Origin: a virus
Taxonomy: Duplodnaviria; Caudoviricetes
Length of the DNA stretch: 64,000 nucleotides
Virus record (IMG/VR): IMGVR_UViG_3300014000_000001
Coordinates: 128,001 to 192,000 of that record
Reading direction: 5' to 3' (one strand)
How positions within the stretch are numbered: position 1 is the stretch's first letter; each line of letters starts with the position of its first letter. The notes beneath the pieces are model-generated. The model made no database searches. It was not told the DNA's origin and saw only the letters and a program-made list of their open reading frames with translations. A program made the position numbers and the translations under genes. This document shows, in pieces, positions 30,027-38,563 of this stretch.

Positions 30027-31601
30027 ATGCCACAGTTTCGAGCAGAGATCCCAGAGATCCATACACGTATCACAAGACCAATTATAAAACAGATTTTAGA
30101 TGATGTGTTGTCTCGGTTTAAAGAGATTCCTTTTCGAGAGTTTCGTTTTCCTGGAGATTCAGAAGCAATCCTAACCCCAGGCTCAGCGATTGATGGGGGT
30201 ATCTTATTTAACCGTGAACTTGTCAGTAACTATGTCGATGTGGAAGTTGAAGATCTACCTGATGACGAATATGGTCGTTCATTCCAAGCAACGAATCAGG
30301 TTAATCACTTTATCTTTCGGTGTGAGAAAACCAAATTAGATTTGTTCCCAGTTTATCAAAATCGTAAACTCACGATTAACTTTAAAGTGGTGTGTTCTTC
30401 AAGAGTGAGACTAAATGGGTTAATTACCCGCATGACTGAATCAATGCGTCAATCTCAGACCCTATTCACTCATTTGATTAGTTACAATTACGATATCCCT
30501 ACTCCATGTGTAGCCTTAATCAATAAAGTGTACGATATGATGCAGGCGAACTATCCTTATCCTGATCTTCCACCAAACAAGTGGTTCGAACAATCGAAGG
30601 TAGATAATCTTCAAATTGCCTATCGTCAAGATGGTAAAGGGGATACCTTGGTTTATAAAGAGAATGCAGTCAATGTACTCTCTAATCTTACCGAGCATGA
30701 GGAAGAGCCAAGAAAGAATAAAGATGCAGAAGTCGGGGTTTGGAATATTGAATTTGATTTAGAAGTTCGTTATCAAAGACCATCTTCGATTCGTGTCTCT
30801 TATCCACCAATCATCCATAATCAGTTTCTTGATGAAAGTTGGTTTAATAAACCGAAGACTTATGATTATACCAAATTTGCCGCAACTTCATCTTTAGGTA
30901 ATATGGCAATTGAGCGCTTCAAATGGAACATTGGTTATGGCGTTCCAGGTCGTGGGGATATCGGCTGTAAGGAACCTTACTTCGATGACTGGGGAAAAGA
31001 CATTGGCACACCTTCATCAGTTACTTTACTGACCGCACTGTCAGTTGTAGATGAAGCAGATCTACGTTACTTCTTTAATCCGTTTACTGATTTAACCGAT
31101 TATCAATTCCCAGAAGAAATTCAAAAACTCATGAAGATTGTACCAGAAGCAATGCTTTATTCGGGGAAACATTTTATTGGAATCAAAGCTTACTCTTGGA
31201 ACGATAATATCCGTCCAGAACATTTAAGTTTTGAAGGATCAGGAAAGATCATTACTGACTTTGATCTTAACCCACGTAACTACTATCATATCGTGTTTTC
31301 ATTTAATGCTGATCCTACCAATATTCATGGAAGTGTTTGGGACGAAGCCCTATGTGAGTTAGATGGATTGATTACTTATTTTGGAGTGTTTGGAGATAAA
31401 TACTCGGATAAGCTTAAAGCCATTATTGCTGAACTTAAAGAAGATCACGGTACTGATGAAGTGTGTCTTACTCGTGGGGTGATTGATGAGGTTATTCGTG
31501 ATCTAATCGAAGACGGCAATGAATTTGAAAACGGAAAATTGTATTGGGATCTTTATCCTGTGAGAACCCGTTTAGATTATCGCGTGATTGGAGAGATTTA
31601 A
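30027..31601 (+). CDS. virion structural (neck/tail) protein (phiKZ gp98-like)
   Basis: 524 aa; SYPPIIHNQ and PYFDDW motifs; upstream TTTATG and SD GGGAGG; synteny. Confidence 0.7.
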   Translation: MPQFRAEIPEIHTRITRPIIKQILDDVLSRFKEIPFREFRFPGDSEAILTPGSAIDGGILFNRELVSNYVDVEVEDLPDDEYGRSFQATNQVNHFIFRCEKTKLDLFPVYQNRKLTINFKVVCSSRVRLNGLITRMTESMRQSQTLFTHLISYNYDIPTPCVALINKVYDMMQANYPYPDLPPNKWFEQSKVDNLQIAYRQDGKGDTLVYKENAVNVLSNLTEHEEEPRKNKDAEVGVWNIEFDLEVRYQRPSSIRVSYPPIIHNQFLDESWFNKPKTYDYTKFAATSSLGNMAIERFKWNIGYGVPGRGDIGCKEPYFDDWGKDIGTPSSVTLLTALSVVDEADLRYFFNPFTDLTDYQFPEEIQKLMKIVPEAMLYSGKHFIGIKAYSWNDNIRPEHLSFEGSGKIITDFDLNPRNYYHIVFSFNADPTNIHGSVWDEALCELDGLITYFGVFGDKYSDKLKAIIAELKEDHGTDEVCLTRGVIDEVIRDLIEDGNEFENGKLYWDLYPVRTRLDYRVIGEI

Positions 31602-31602
31602 A

Positions 31603-33174
31603 ATGCCAGGTTATAAAACCCCTTTCAACCTAAATGCTGATTTAAACGTCAAAGAGCCCGTTAAAAGCGTTGTAGAGGAAAGAGCTAGGGAATATAAGCA
31701 TTCCATTGTAACATCGCAGGAAGCGCCAATAGGAGCCATTCTAGCACACATAGAAGGATCTTCTTGGGTGGTTGATTATTACGCCCAAATGAAAGCAGCT
31801 AATGAAGAACCAAAAGAGTATGATTCTAACCAGTCTAAGCTCAATCAACAATACCATCTCATTTACAATCTAGAACTAAAATCTCAATCCCAAGATCCTG
31901 AAACTGAAGATGTAACCAATCGAGTTAACATGAATGGTACTGCCGTAGTTTATGCTGGGGTGATTCCTAATGTCGGGGATGTGATTATTTCAGATATTGG
32001 TGCAGGTAAAGCAGGACGCTCAACTGTTACACGTGTAGACAAAAAGCAATACATGATGAAAACTGTGTATGAGCTTGACTACACCTTGGTTGAAATTATT
32101 GATAAGGAAAGTACCCTAACTCATCTAGATAGCTACGTAGTAAAAAAATCAGTATTTAATAAAGATTTAATCACGTTCAATACTGACCCACTTATCATTA
32201 AAGAAGACTATGATGATTTTCTTGAAGCCCAAGATGTGGAAGCAGAACTCATCGATGATTTCTTAAAAGAGTTCTTCTCTCAAGAACTTTCAACTTTTGC
32301 AGTTCCGGGTTACGGTAAAAACAAAGTCACGTATGACCCTTATGTTGTTGAAGCGTTTAGAGAGGTGGTGAACGTTGATGAACACCCACTCATGCAACGT
32401 CTGAAAACCGTGAATCTAAATGAACTTCGTGAGGTTTATAGTTTTAGCATTTGGCCAGTACTGCTACATCCAGAAGTAAATAAGATCCGTAACATCTGGA
32501 AACGTGCAGCCCCTGTGATGTTTAATCAATTTCACGTTAATCCAAATATGGCTTCCTTACGTTATTCTGGATTCTATCAATGTTTATCTCCAATTGAGGA
32601 TTTAAACAATGTGGATTACTATCAAGGGTATGCGCAGCGTCCTAAACAAGGTGGGATGATCACAAGCTCTCAAATCACTTCAATCCTTGCAGGTGGTTTT
32701 GGTACCGCAGTTGGTGAACAATTAGCTCAAGAACTTAAAAACCAAAACAAAGTATGTTGTCATCATCTTGTACATTATCATGAAGCGAATAAACAAGCGA
32801 TTGGAACAGATTCAGCACGCTACCTAGACTTAGTGAATAAATGGGTAAGAGCAACAGGTCATTGGTCAGCATGTTCGATTTGTGGTGGGTGTGAGGTATG
32901 TTGTGATGGAAATTGCAATGATGCGAATAACGATGATGGATGTGTGAAAGAAGATCCATATGCTTATGTGATTCCCTCATCCTTCTGGGAGAAGAATGTT
33001 CTTGACGATGTATTCTCTTCAATCATCAGACGTTACCTAGACGGGGTGAGAATCCCATTAAATGAACTCACACGGTATATTAGAGATCGGGAAAGTTTAA
33101 GCCCTAAAGATCGTTTCTATCGCATGATGGTAATGTTGATTATTTTACGGTCAGCTTTAAGGAGTGGTCATTAA
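31603..33174 (+). CDS. virion structural (neck) protein (phiKZ gp99-like)
   Basis: IEGSSWVVDYY, PNVGDVIISDIGAG and YDPY motifs; Cys/His-rich insert; ATG 31603 follows SD GGAGA. Confidence 0.7.
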   Translation: MPGYKTPFNLNADLNVKEPVKSVVEERAREYKHSIVTSQEAPIGAILAHIEGSSWVVDYYAQMKAANEEPKEYDSNQSKLNQQYHLIYNLELKSQSQDPETEDVTNRVNMNGTAVVYAGVIPNVGDVIISDIGAGKAGRSTVTRVDKKQYMMKTVYELDYTLVEIIDKESTLTHLDSYVVKKSVFNKDLITFNTDPLIIKEDYDDFLEAQDVEAELIDDFLKEFFSQELSTFAVPGYGKNKVTYDPYVVEAFREVVNVDEHPLMQRLKTVNLNELREVYSFSIWPVLLHPEVNKIRNIWKRAAPVMFNQFHVNPNMASLRYSGFYQCLSPIEDLNNVDYYQGYAQRPKQGGMITSSQITSILAGGFGTAVGEQLAQELKNQNKVCCHHLVHYHEANKQAIGTDSARYLDLVNKWVRATGHWSACSICGGCEVCCDGNCNDANNDDGCVKEDPYAYVIPSSFWEKNVLDDVFSSIIRRYLDGVRIPLNELTRYIRDRESLSPKDRFYRMMVMLIILRSALRSGH

Positions 33175-33872
33175 TGTCACGTTATGAACGATTTATGCAA
33201 AACGTTGAGTATGATCCAGCGTTTGTTAAACAACTGCAGTCTACCCATAAATTATTTCATGAACGTATGCAAGTTATGGTTCCTGCATATGCAGCTCAAA
33301 GTGTTGAAAAACATAAACTCTATGGAACTGTTTATAATGAGGGTTCGACCAAAGAAGAGCGTGATCAATATAACCGTTCTATGGTTAAGGTGTGGATGGC
33401 GCCAATTCGCCACATCATTCTTTACTCGGAGGGTGTACCAATTGCATACCCTTCTAGAGAACGAGCAGCTCGAATTTACTTTTATATCAAAGATCATGTT
33501 AAGACATGGAATGATCTTCTCTCAACCAGCATGAACCTACGTGCAGTCGCCCCGCCTTTGGATGACTTTGAACTTATGCTTGAGTTTGCTGAGAATTTAG
33601 ATCAGTTCCTTGAATTCTATTATAAGTCAGGGAATAAACAAAATTATTTCCAGCGCCATACCATGAACCGTTTTGCAGCGGATGATAAACTTTGGCATCG
33701 TGGGGACTCTACCTATTCTCGTTTGAAAGAGGGTGTGTTTAGTCTATTGTCTAATCGTGTCCCACGTAATGATGAGCCCGCAACCAAAGTAAATAGTACC
33801 TATCAAGCGCCTCAAAGCGCTGATATTACTACTGCAGATGAGTTTGCGTTGGAAAATGCTATACAACGATAA
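33174..33872 (+). CDS. conserved hypothetical protein (phiKZ gp100 position)
   Basis: 232 aa, TAATG-coupled, PPLDDF motif. Confidence 0.65.
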   Translation: MSRYERFMQNVEYDPAFVKQLQSTHKLFHERMQVMVPAYAAQSVEKHKLYGTVYNEGSTKEERDQYNRSMVKVWMAPIRHIILYSEGVPIAYPSRERAARIYFYIKDHVKTWNDLLSTSMNLRAVAPPLDDFELMLEFAENLDQFLEFYYKSGNKQNYFQRHTMNRFAADDKLWHRGDSTYSRLKEGVFSLLSNRVPRNDEPATKVNSTYQAPQSADITTADEFALENAIQR

Positions 33873-33886
33873 AACAGAGATCAACA

Positions 33887-35251
33887 ATGAATGGACTAGA
33901 TATTAATTCTACTCCCTTTAAACATGAAGTATCATCTGTCATTGATGCAGGGAAATATTCTCCCTGCTATCATTTTGATTTAGAATTTCATGTCAAAGGA
34001 GAAAGCTACAAACCACTTACGATCTTAGGGGTTTCGATTGTGCGAAACTTCCTAAGAGATTATTATCAGATCCTTGCTGTGGAGTTTCAAACCACGGGTT
34101 ATATTCGTGAAGTTCTTATTGAGAATATGGATCAGCTTGAGGTTACTTTCAAAACCTACGAAATAGGACGCAATACCCCTTACTCTTTAGCTGCGCTACG
34201 AAATCCAAAGATTAGACAATACAAAGCTAAACTTTATTTGAGCGAATCAGATTACATCACTCAAAATAACTTTGCAGTTAACAATGCAGCCTACATGCAA
34301 GATAAAAGTTTAGTTGAAGTTAAGGTTCAGTTAGTTGAGAAGGGATTTGAAGAATTAAAAACTCGCTTTGTGGGTGGTAATTACTACAACATCTCAGGAG
34401 GTTCGTTAATTCGCCATCTAATCGATTACCATGCTAACTTAAATAATGATGATGTTAATACACTTATCAATGGAGTAGATTGCGCTCCTAACGAGAATTC
34501 AGAAGCAAGAGAGCAGATTTCCATTCGAGACGGTACCAGTTTAATTGAAGCTATGCATGTTGTGAATGAAAACTGTGGTGGGTTATATCCTGCTGGGTTT
34601 AGTTATTATATCCATAACAACATCTGGTATGTATTTCCTCCTTATTCATTGGCGCGCTTTGGTGAAGATCGTGAACGCTTAGTTATTGTAAACTTACCGA
34701 AGAATAAACTTCCAGGGATTGAAAACACTTATAATGATCAAACTAAAACGATTGTTATTTTATCCACACGTGATTCTACCGTGAAAGATAATCGGGAATC
34801 TAAAAAGATTGAAGTGGGTACTGGAACACGGTTTATTGACGCTGCTAGGTTATTAACTGGTTTTGGTAAAGTTGAAAACAATAAAGTTTTGGTAGATGCA
34901 TCACAAAATGTTAACGACTTGATGGTTGAAGAGCGAGCAGATGGAACAAACTTCATGCGTTTCTCTAAGACCAGGATTACCTCTGGTAAGAATTTAGAAT
35001 TGTCTAAACTTGCACCATCTAAAGGGTTCATGATGCGAATCTCTTGGGAGAATTCAAAAGAGAATCTAATCAAACCAGGAATGGCAGTAAAAGTGCTTTA
35101 TCTAAAAGGCAATAAAACTAAAGCAGCGGTAGGTAGCGTGATTGGGGTTGAATCTGGTTACTATCCTTTTGAGAATAGTTATCCAGCAATGAAATTTGCA
35201 GTTATGAGTTATATTGATGTATTTGTGAGTGAAGAAAATGTCCAAGGGTAA
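33887..35251 (+). CDS. baseplate hub-like virion protein (phiKZ gp101-like)
   Basis: 454 aa; GGLYPAGFSYY, WYVFPPY and WENS..LIKPGMAVK motifs; synteny. Confidence 0.7.
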   Translation: MNGLDINSTPFKHEVSSVIDAGKYSPCYHFDLEFHVKGESYKPLTILGVSIVRNFLRDYYQILAVEFQTTGYIREVLIENMDQLEVTFKTYEIGRNTPYSLAALRNPKIRQYKAKLYLSESDYITQNNFAVNNAAYMQDKSLVEVKVQLVEKGFEELKTRFVGGNYYNISGGSLIRHLIDYHANLNNDDVNTLINGVDCAPNENSEAREQISIRDGTSLIEAMHVVNENCGGLYPAGFSYYIHNNIWYVFPPYSLARFGEDRERLVIVNLPKNKLPGIENTYNDQTKTIVILSTRDSTVKDNRESKKIEVGTGTRFIDAARLLTGFGKVENNKVLVDASQNVNDLMVEERADGTNFMRFSKTRITSGKNLELSKLAPSKGFMMRISWENSKENLIKPGMAVKVLYLKGNKTKAAVGSVIGVESGYYPFENSYPAMKFAVMSYIDVFVSEENVQG

Positions 35252-35852
35252 ATTCATTTGTTTCGAAGGTATGGATTTTTCAGGGAAAACTACAACCCTT
35301 AATAATTTAACGAAATTATTAGATGCACGCGGTGTGGAGTACATCACGACACGTGAGCCAGGTGGTACAGCTCTGGCAGAAAAGCTAAGAGCATTATTAC
35401 TTAACGACACAACGATTGATGTATTCGAACAAGCATTACTTTTCCAAGCGGCTCGTCGCCAACATTGTCGATTGATTATTCAACCTGCTTTAGATGAAGG
35501 GAAGTGGGTAATTTCAGATCGTTACATTATTTCATCTTTAGTTTATCAGCACGATGCCAAGAAACTTTTGCAAGATACCGCAAAGCTAATGAATCTTATA
35601 GAACCTGATTACCTGATCTACACTCGTTGTGGATACGAAACAACTTTGCAACGCAAGCAAAGTCGTAAGGATAATAATCATTTAGACGAGGTATTCACTC
35701 GACATTATGAGAAGTATTCAAAACTTTTCGATCATTATGCATGTCTTTTAGAAGATATGTCTCTAACCATTGACACCAATAAATCTACAGATGAGATTGA
35801 ACTTATCTTGGGGGATTTTGTGGATAAAATATTAGGAGATAAGAATGTCTAA
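35238..35852 (+). CDS. tmk: thymidylate (dTMP) kinase
   Basis: P-loop FEGMDFSGKTT, TREPGGT and ISDRY motifs. Confidence 0.93.
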   Translation: MSKGKFICFEGMDFSGKTTTLNNLTKLLDARGVEYITTREPGGTALAEKLRALLLNDTTIDVFEQALLFQAARRQHCRLIIQPALDEGKWVISDRYIISSLVYQHDAKKLLQDTAKLMNLIEPDYLIYTRCGYETTLQRKQSRKDNNHLDEVFTRHYEKYSKLFDHYACLLEDMSLTIDTNKSTDEIELILGDFVDKILGDKNV

Positions 35853-36222
35853 AGTAGCTGCTTTATTCCTTTCTTTTTTTGTTGCCCTTGGATATCTAAC
35901 GATTGCGAACTCAACATTAGCTAAAACCACCGATCAACCTATCGTGGTTAAGGATAGTTTACCTGCCATTACTGTTGTTGAACAAATTAAACCACCAACA
36001 TCAACGACATTACTAGAGTCAGACAAAATTCTACGGTATCAACTGCGGCATCGTTATACGTTTAATTGTAACGGTGTGAAGTATGGGGTGATTGATTATA
36101 ACCAACAATTTAATTACACTGAAATCACATTACTCAGTGGGCAAAAACTGAAAGTGGGAACATCCTGCTTAATCAAATCAGGAGATCCAATCCATTCCAT
36201 TTATATCTATCAACGTGAATAA
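35845..36222 (+). CDS. putative exported/membrane protein
   Basis: Signal-peptide-like MSKVAALFLSFFVALGYLTIANSTLA; SD AGGAG. Confidence 0.65.
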   Translation: MSKVAALFLSFFVALGYLTIANSTLAKTTDQPIVVKDSLPAITVVEQIKPPTSTTLLESDKILRYQLRHRYTFNCNGVKYGVIDYNQQFNYTEITLLSGQKLKVGTSCLIKSGDPIHSIYIYQRE

Positions 36223-36233
36223 CGCATAGCATT

Positions 36234-36261
36234 CCTAGGGAGTCCAATTGGACTCCCTAGG
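36234..36261. terminator. bidirectional terminator (perfect palindrome)
   Basis: CCTAGGGAGTCCAATTGGACTCCCTAGG between convergent genes. Confidence 0.75.
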
Positions 36262-36276
36262 GTCTTATGTTCCATA

Positions 36277-37827
36277 TTAGAACATATCCGCATTTACATC
36301 ATTATTACCATAACCTGGTAAACGTCTTGTATATTTTGGTTCTCGTTGATAATCCCAAGGAATTGTTGCCACTGGGAGCATTTGATATACACAGAATTTC
36401 ATTGCTTCATCAGTGGGATTACCCGGTTTACGGTGTTTACCGCGTTGCCACATAATGTAGTGTTTCCCACCAATGATAACTTTATGTTGATAGATCTCCA
36501 TGTCTACTTCATTATCGACAGTACGGCAACCTGCGTAGTAGCCTAGTTCACATACTGCTTTAACCAAGATTTCCTCACCGTTACGTTCTAAAGCTTTGGC
36601 TTCTGTAGACATTTGGTGCGCGGTCAAGAATGCGATCTTCTTACGCAACATAAAGTTTTGTACACGCTGGTACAAATCTTGAATGTTCTTACCGTGGGGT
36701 CCTTCCACACAACCACGAGTCGACATCTTACCCATGTAATCTAGGGTAACCATGTGAACTTCATAACCTAACTCTTCATACCCTTCAATGGTTCCAAAGA
36801 GTTGGGCGTAATCGTAGTCCCCTGCAGCAAACTGACAAATCTTAAATTCAAAGCCAGAATTCTTAAAGAATAACATCACGTATTCGCGTGCAGCAATACG
36901 TTCTTCTTTAGTGAGGTTGGTAATACTAACAGGTTGACCTTCAAGCTGTTCACGAATGTATTTATACATGAACAACAATTCACCAAGAGCATCATTCTCT
37001 AAGGTGATATGTAACAACAATGCTTTACGTTTATCTTCCTGACCTTCCTTAGGTTCAGGCATTCTTAAATAGGTTGGTTGGTTAAAATAGGCAGCTTGAA
37101 TAATATTGGTGAATAACGCACCAGACTTCCATTTATGTTGAAGTGCTGAAATAACAACTGTTTCACCACGACGGATACCTTGATGATCACCAAAGAGATC
37201 ATTAAACCCCTGTAAACCAAAACCTAAAATACCACGGGTACTATAAACCTCCATGGCATCATCAAAACCATTATCAATGCTCTCAACGCTAGATAAATCG
37301 ATTTCACGAACTAAATTCTTTTTATTCCCACCAACGGTTCGAATGCTTTCCAATTGCATCGCTAACTCATCATAGAGTTTTCTTTCTTCTTCTGAACCTG
37401 TCGGTGCTGCGTGAATCTTAAACCGAATTGTATCTAAATTTTTAGTAAACTTGAATTTTTTTATATTTGAATCAATCGACGACTTTAATAAACGAATACG
37501 ACTTACGGTTTTGAGTTCATCACTTACATCTGTATTTACCCCAAGTTTAATTGCATTGAATGTTGCTTCGTCTTGTCCTAGCTTTAAACGAACTTGCTGT
37601 AAGAATAAATCTTTATCGTATGACGTGTTATTTAATTGCCAGTTTATGACATCCCTTAAACCCGTAACAGGGTTTTTGCCGAAGTCAAGTTGTTGCCCTT
37701 CAGTTGGGATACAAGTTTGCATCACCGAATCAATGGTGGGGGTATAGTTATTAAGGACGTGTTCCCCAGAACAACCTGCCAAAAACAACATTGTTGCAGC
37801 ATTGGCTAAAATACTTTTGATATCCAT
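36277..37827 (-). CDS. dnaB: DnaB-like replicative helicase (phiKZ gp118-like)
   Basis: GIRRGETVVISALQHKWKSG (divergent Walker A), ITLEN, VTLDY (Walker B), TAHQMS and RGKHR; synteny with the capsid gene. Confidence 0.85.
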   Translation of the reverse strand: MDIKSILANAATMLFLAGCSGEHVLNNYTPTIDSVMQTCIPTEGQQLDFGKNPVTGLRDVINWQLNNTSYDKDLFLQQVRLKLGQDEATFNAIKLGVNTDVSDELKTVSRIRLLKSSIDSNIKKFKFTKNLDTIRFKIHAAPTGSEEERKLYDELAMQLESIRTVGGNKKNLVREIDLSSVESIDNGFDDAMEVYSTRGILGFGLQGFNDLFGDHQGIRRGETVVISALQHKWKSGALFTNIIQAAYFNQPTYLRMPEPKEGQEDKRKALLLHITLENDALGELLFMYKYIREQLEGQPVSITNLTKEERIAAREYVMLFFKNSGFEFKICQFAAGDYDYAQLFGTIEGYEELGYEVHMVTLDYMGKMSTRGCVEGPHGKNIQDLYQRVQNFMLRKKIAFLTAHQMSTEAKALERNGEEILVKAVCELGYYAGCRTVDNEVDMEIYQHKVIIGGKHYIMWQRGKHRKPGNPTDEAMKFCVYQMLPVATIPWDYQREPKYTRRLPGYGNNDVNADMF

Positions 37828-37854
37828 TTTGGAACTCGCTAGAGGATAATTTCA

Positions 37855-38460
37855 ATGTATGATTTACTAAAAGCTAAATTACTCATTATGCCTGATTGGT
37901 TACAGTGTGCATTGGATGCTCACAATCTAACCTATTCTAACATCATTGATATGGGTGGGTTGGAGTCTATACTAAGTCAGAAAGATGTGCTTTTTTATCA
38001 GAAACAAGTAGAGGATGTGATTGCAGTGGTTAGCAAAAGCAGCCCACCTTTGATTTCACCTGTTCAAGCTCTTTTCGAATCTACCCAAGTATTGCATACA
38101 AATTCCCTAGCTTCGATTTCTTTAGGAAACCAAGCTTCCGGTTTAAATGAGTATGTAAAAATTAACGCATTATATGGAATAACCCATACAGGTTATAGTT
38201 TCTTCGGCGGAAGGAATATGCTCAGTTATTTACCACGACAGTTGGGGGCGTCATTAGAACCAACGGTAGCAGTTGATCCTTATGTAGAACGTGCTGGTGC
38301 TGATCTGTATGTTCTCAAGTTCACTTTAGGTTTCTATCAAGAGTGTCCTGTTCAAACCTTTATCTCCAACACATTAAATCTCCTTATGGGGGATTATGGT
38401 TTTAATGAAGTTGCGAAGACGAAACTGTTTGACTATTATACGTTAATGTCTGATAAGTAA
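37855..38460 (+). CDS. virion/head protein (phiKZ gp119 position)
   Basis: 201 aa, SD AGAGGA, directly upstream of the major capsid gene. Confidence 0.6.
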   Translation: MYDLLKAKLLIMPDWLQCALDAHNLTYSNIIDMGGLESILSQKDVLFYQKQVEDVIAVVSKSSPPLISPVQALFESTQVLHTNSLASISLGNQASGLNEYVKINALYGITHTGYSFFGGRNMLSYLPRQLGASLEPTVAVDPYVERAGADLYVLKFTLGFYQECPVQTFISNTLNLLMGDYGFNEVAKTKLFDYYTLMSDK

Positions 38461-38563
38461 TATTGTTAAAGCAATCAGCCTGTATTTTTTAACACAAATA
38501 TTATAGAGCAATATAAAGCTTTAACAGATTTTTTCAAATCGATTGGAAAAAAGGTAAAAACTC

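Noticed and set aside
37760-37827. Lipobox-like MLFLAGC at the N-terminus of the 516-aa ORF
   Set aside because: The protein has DnaB helicase motifs and must be cytoplasmic; chance match.
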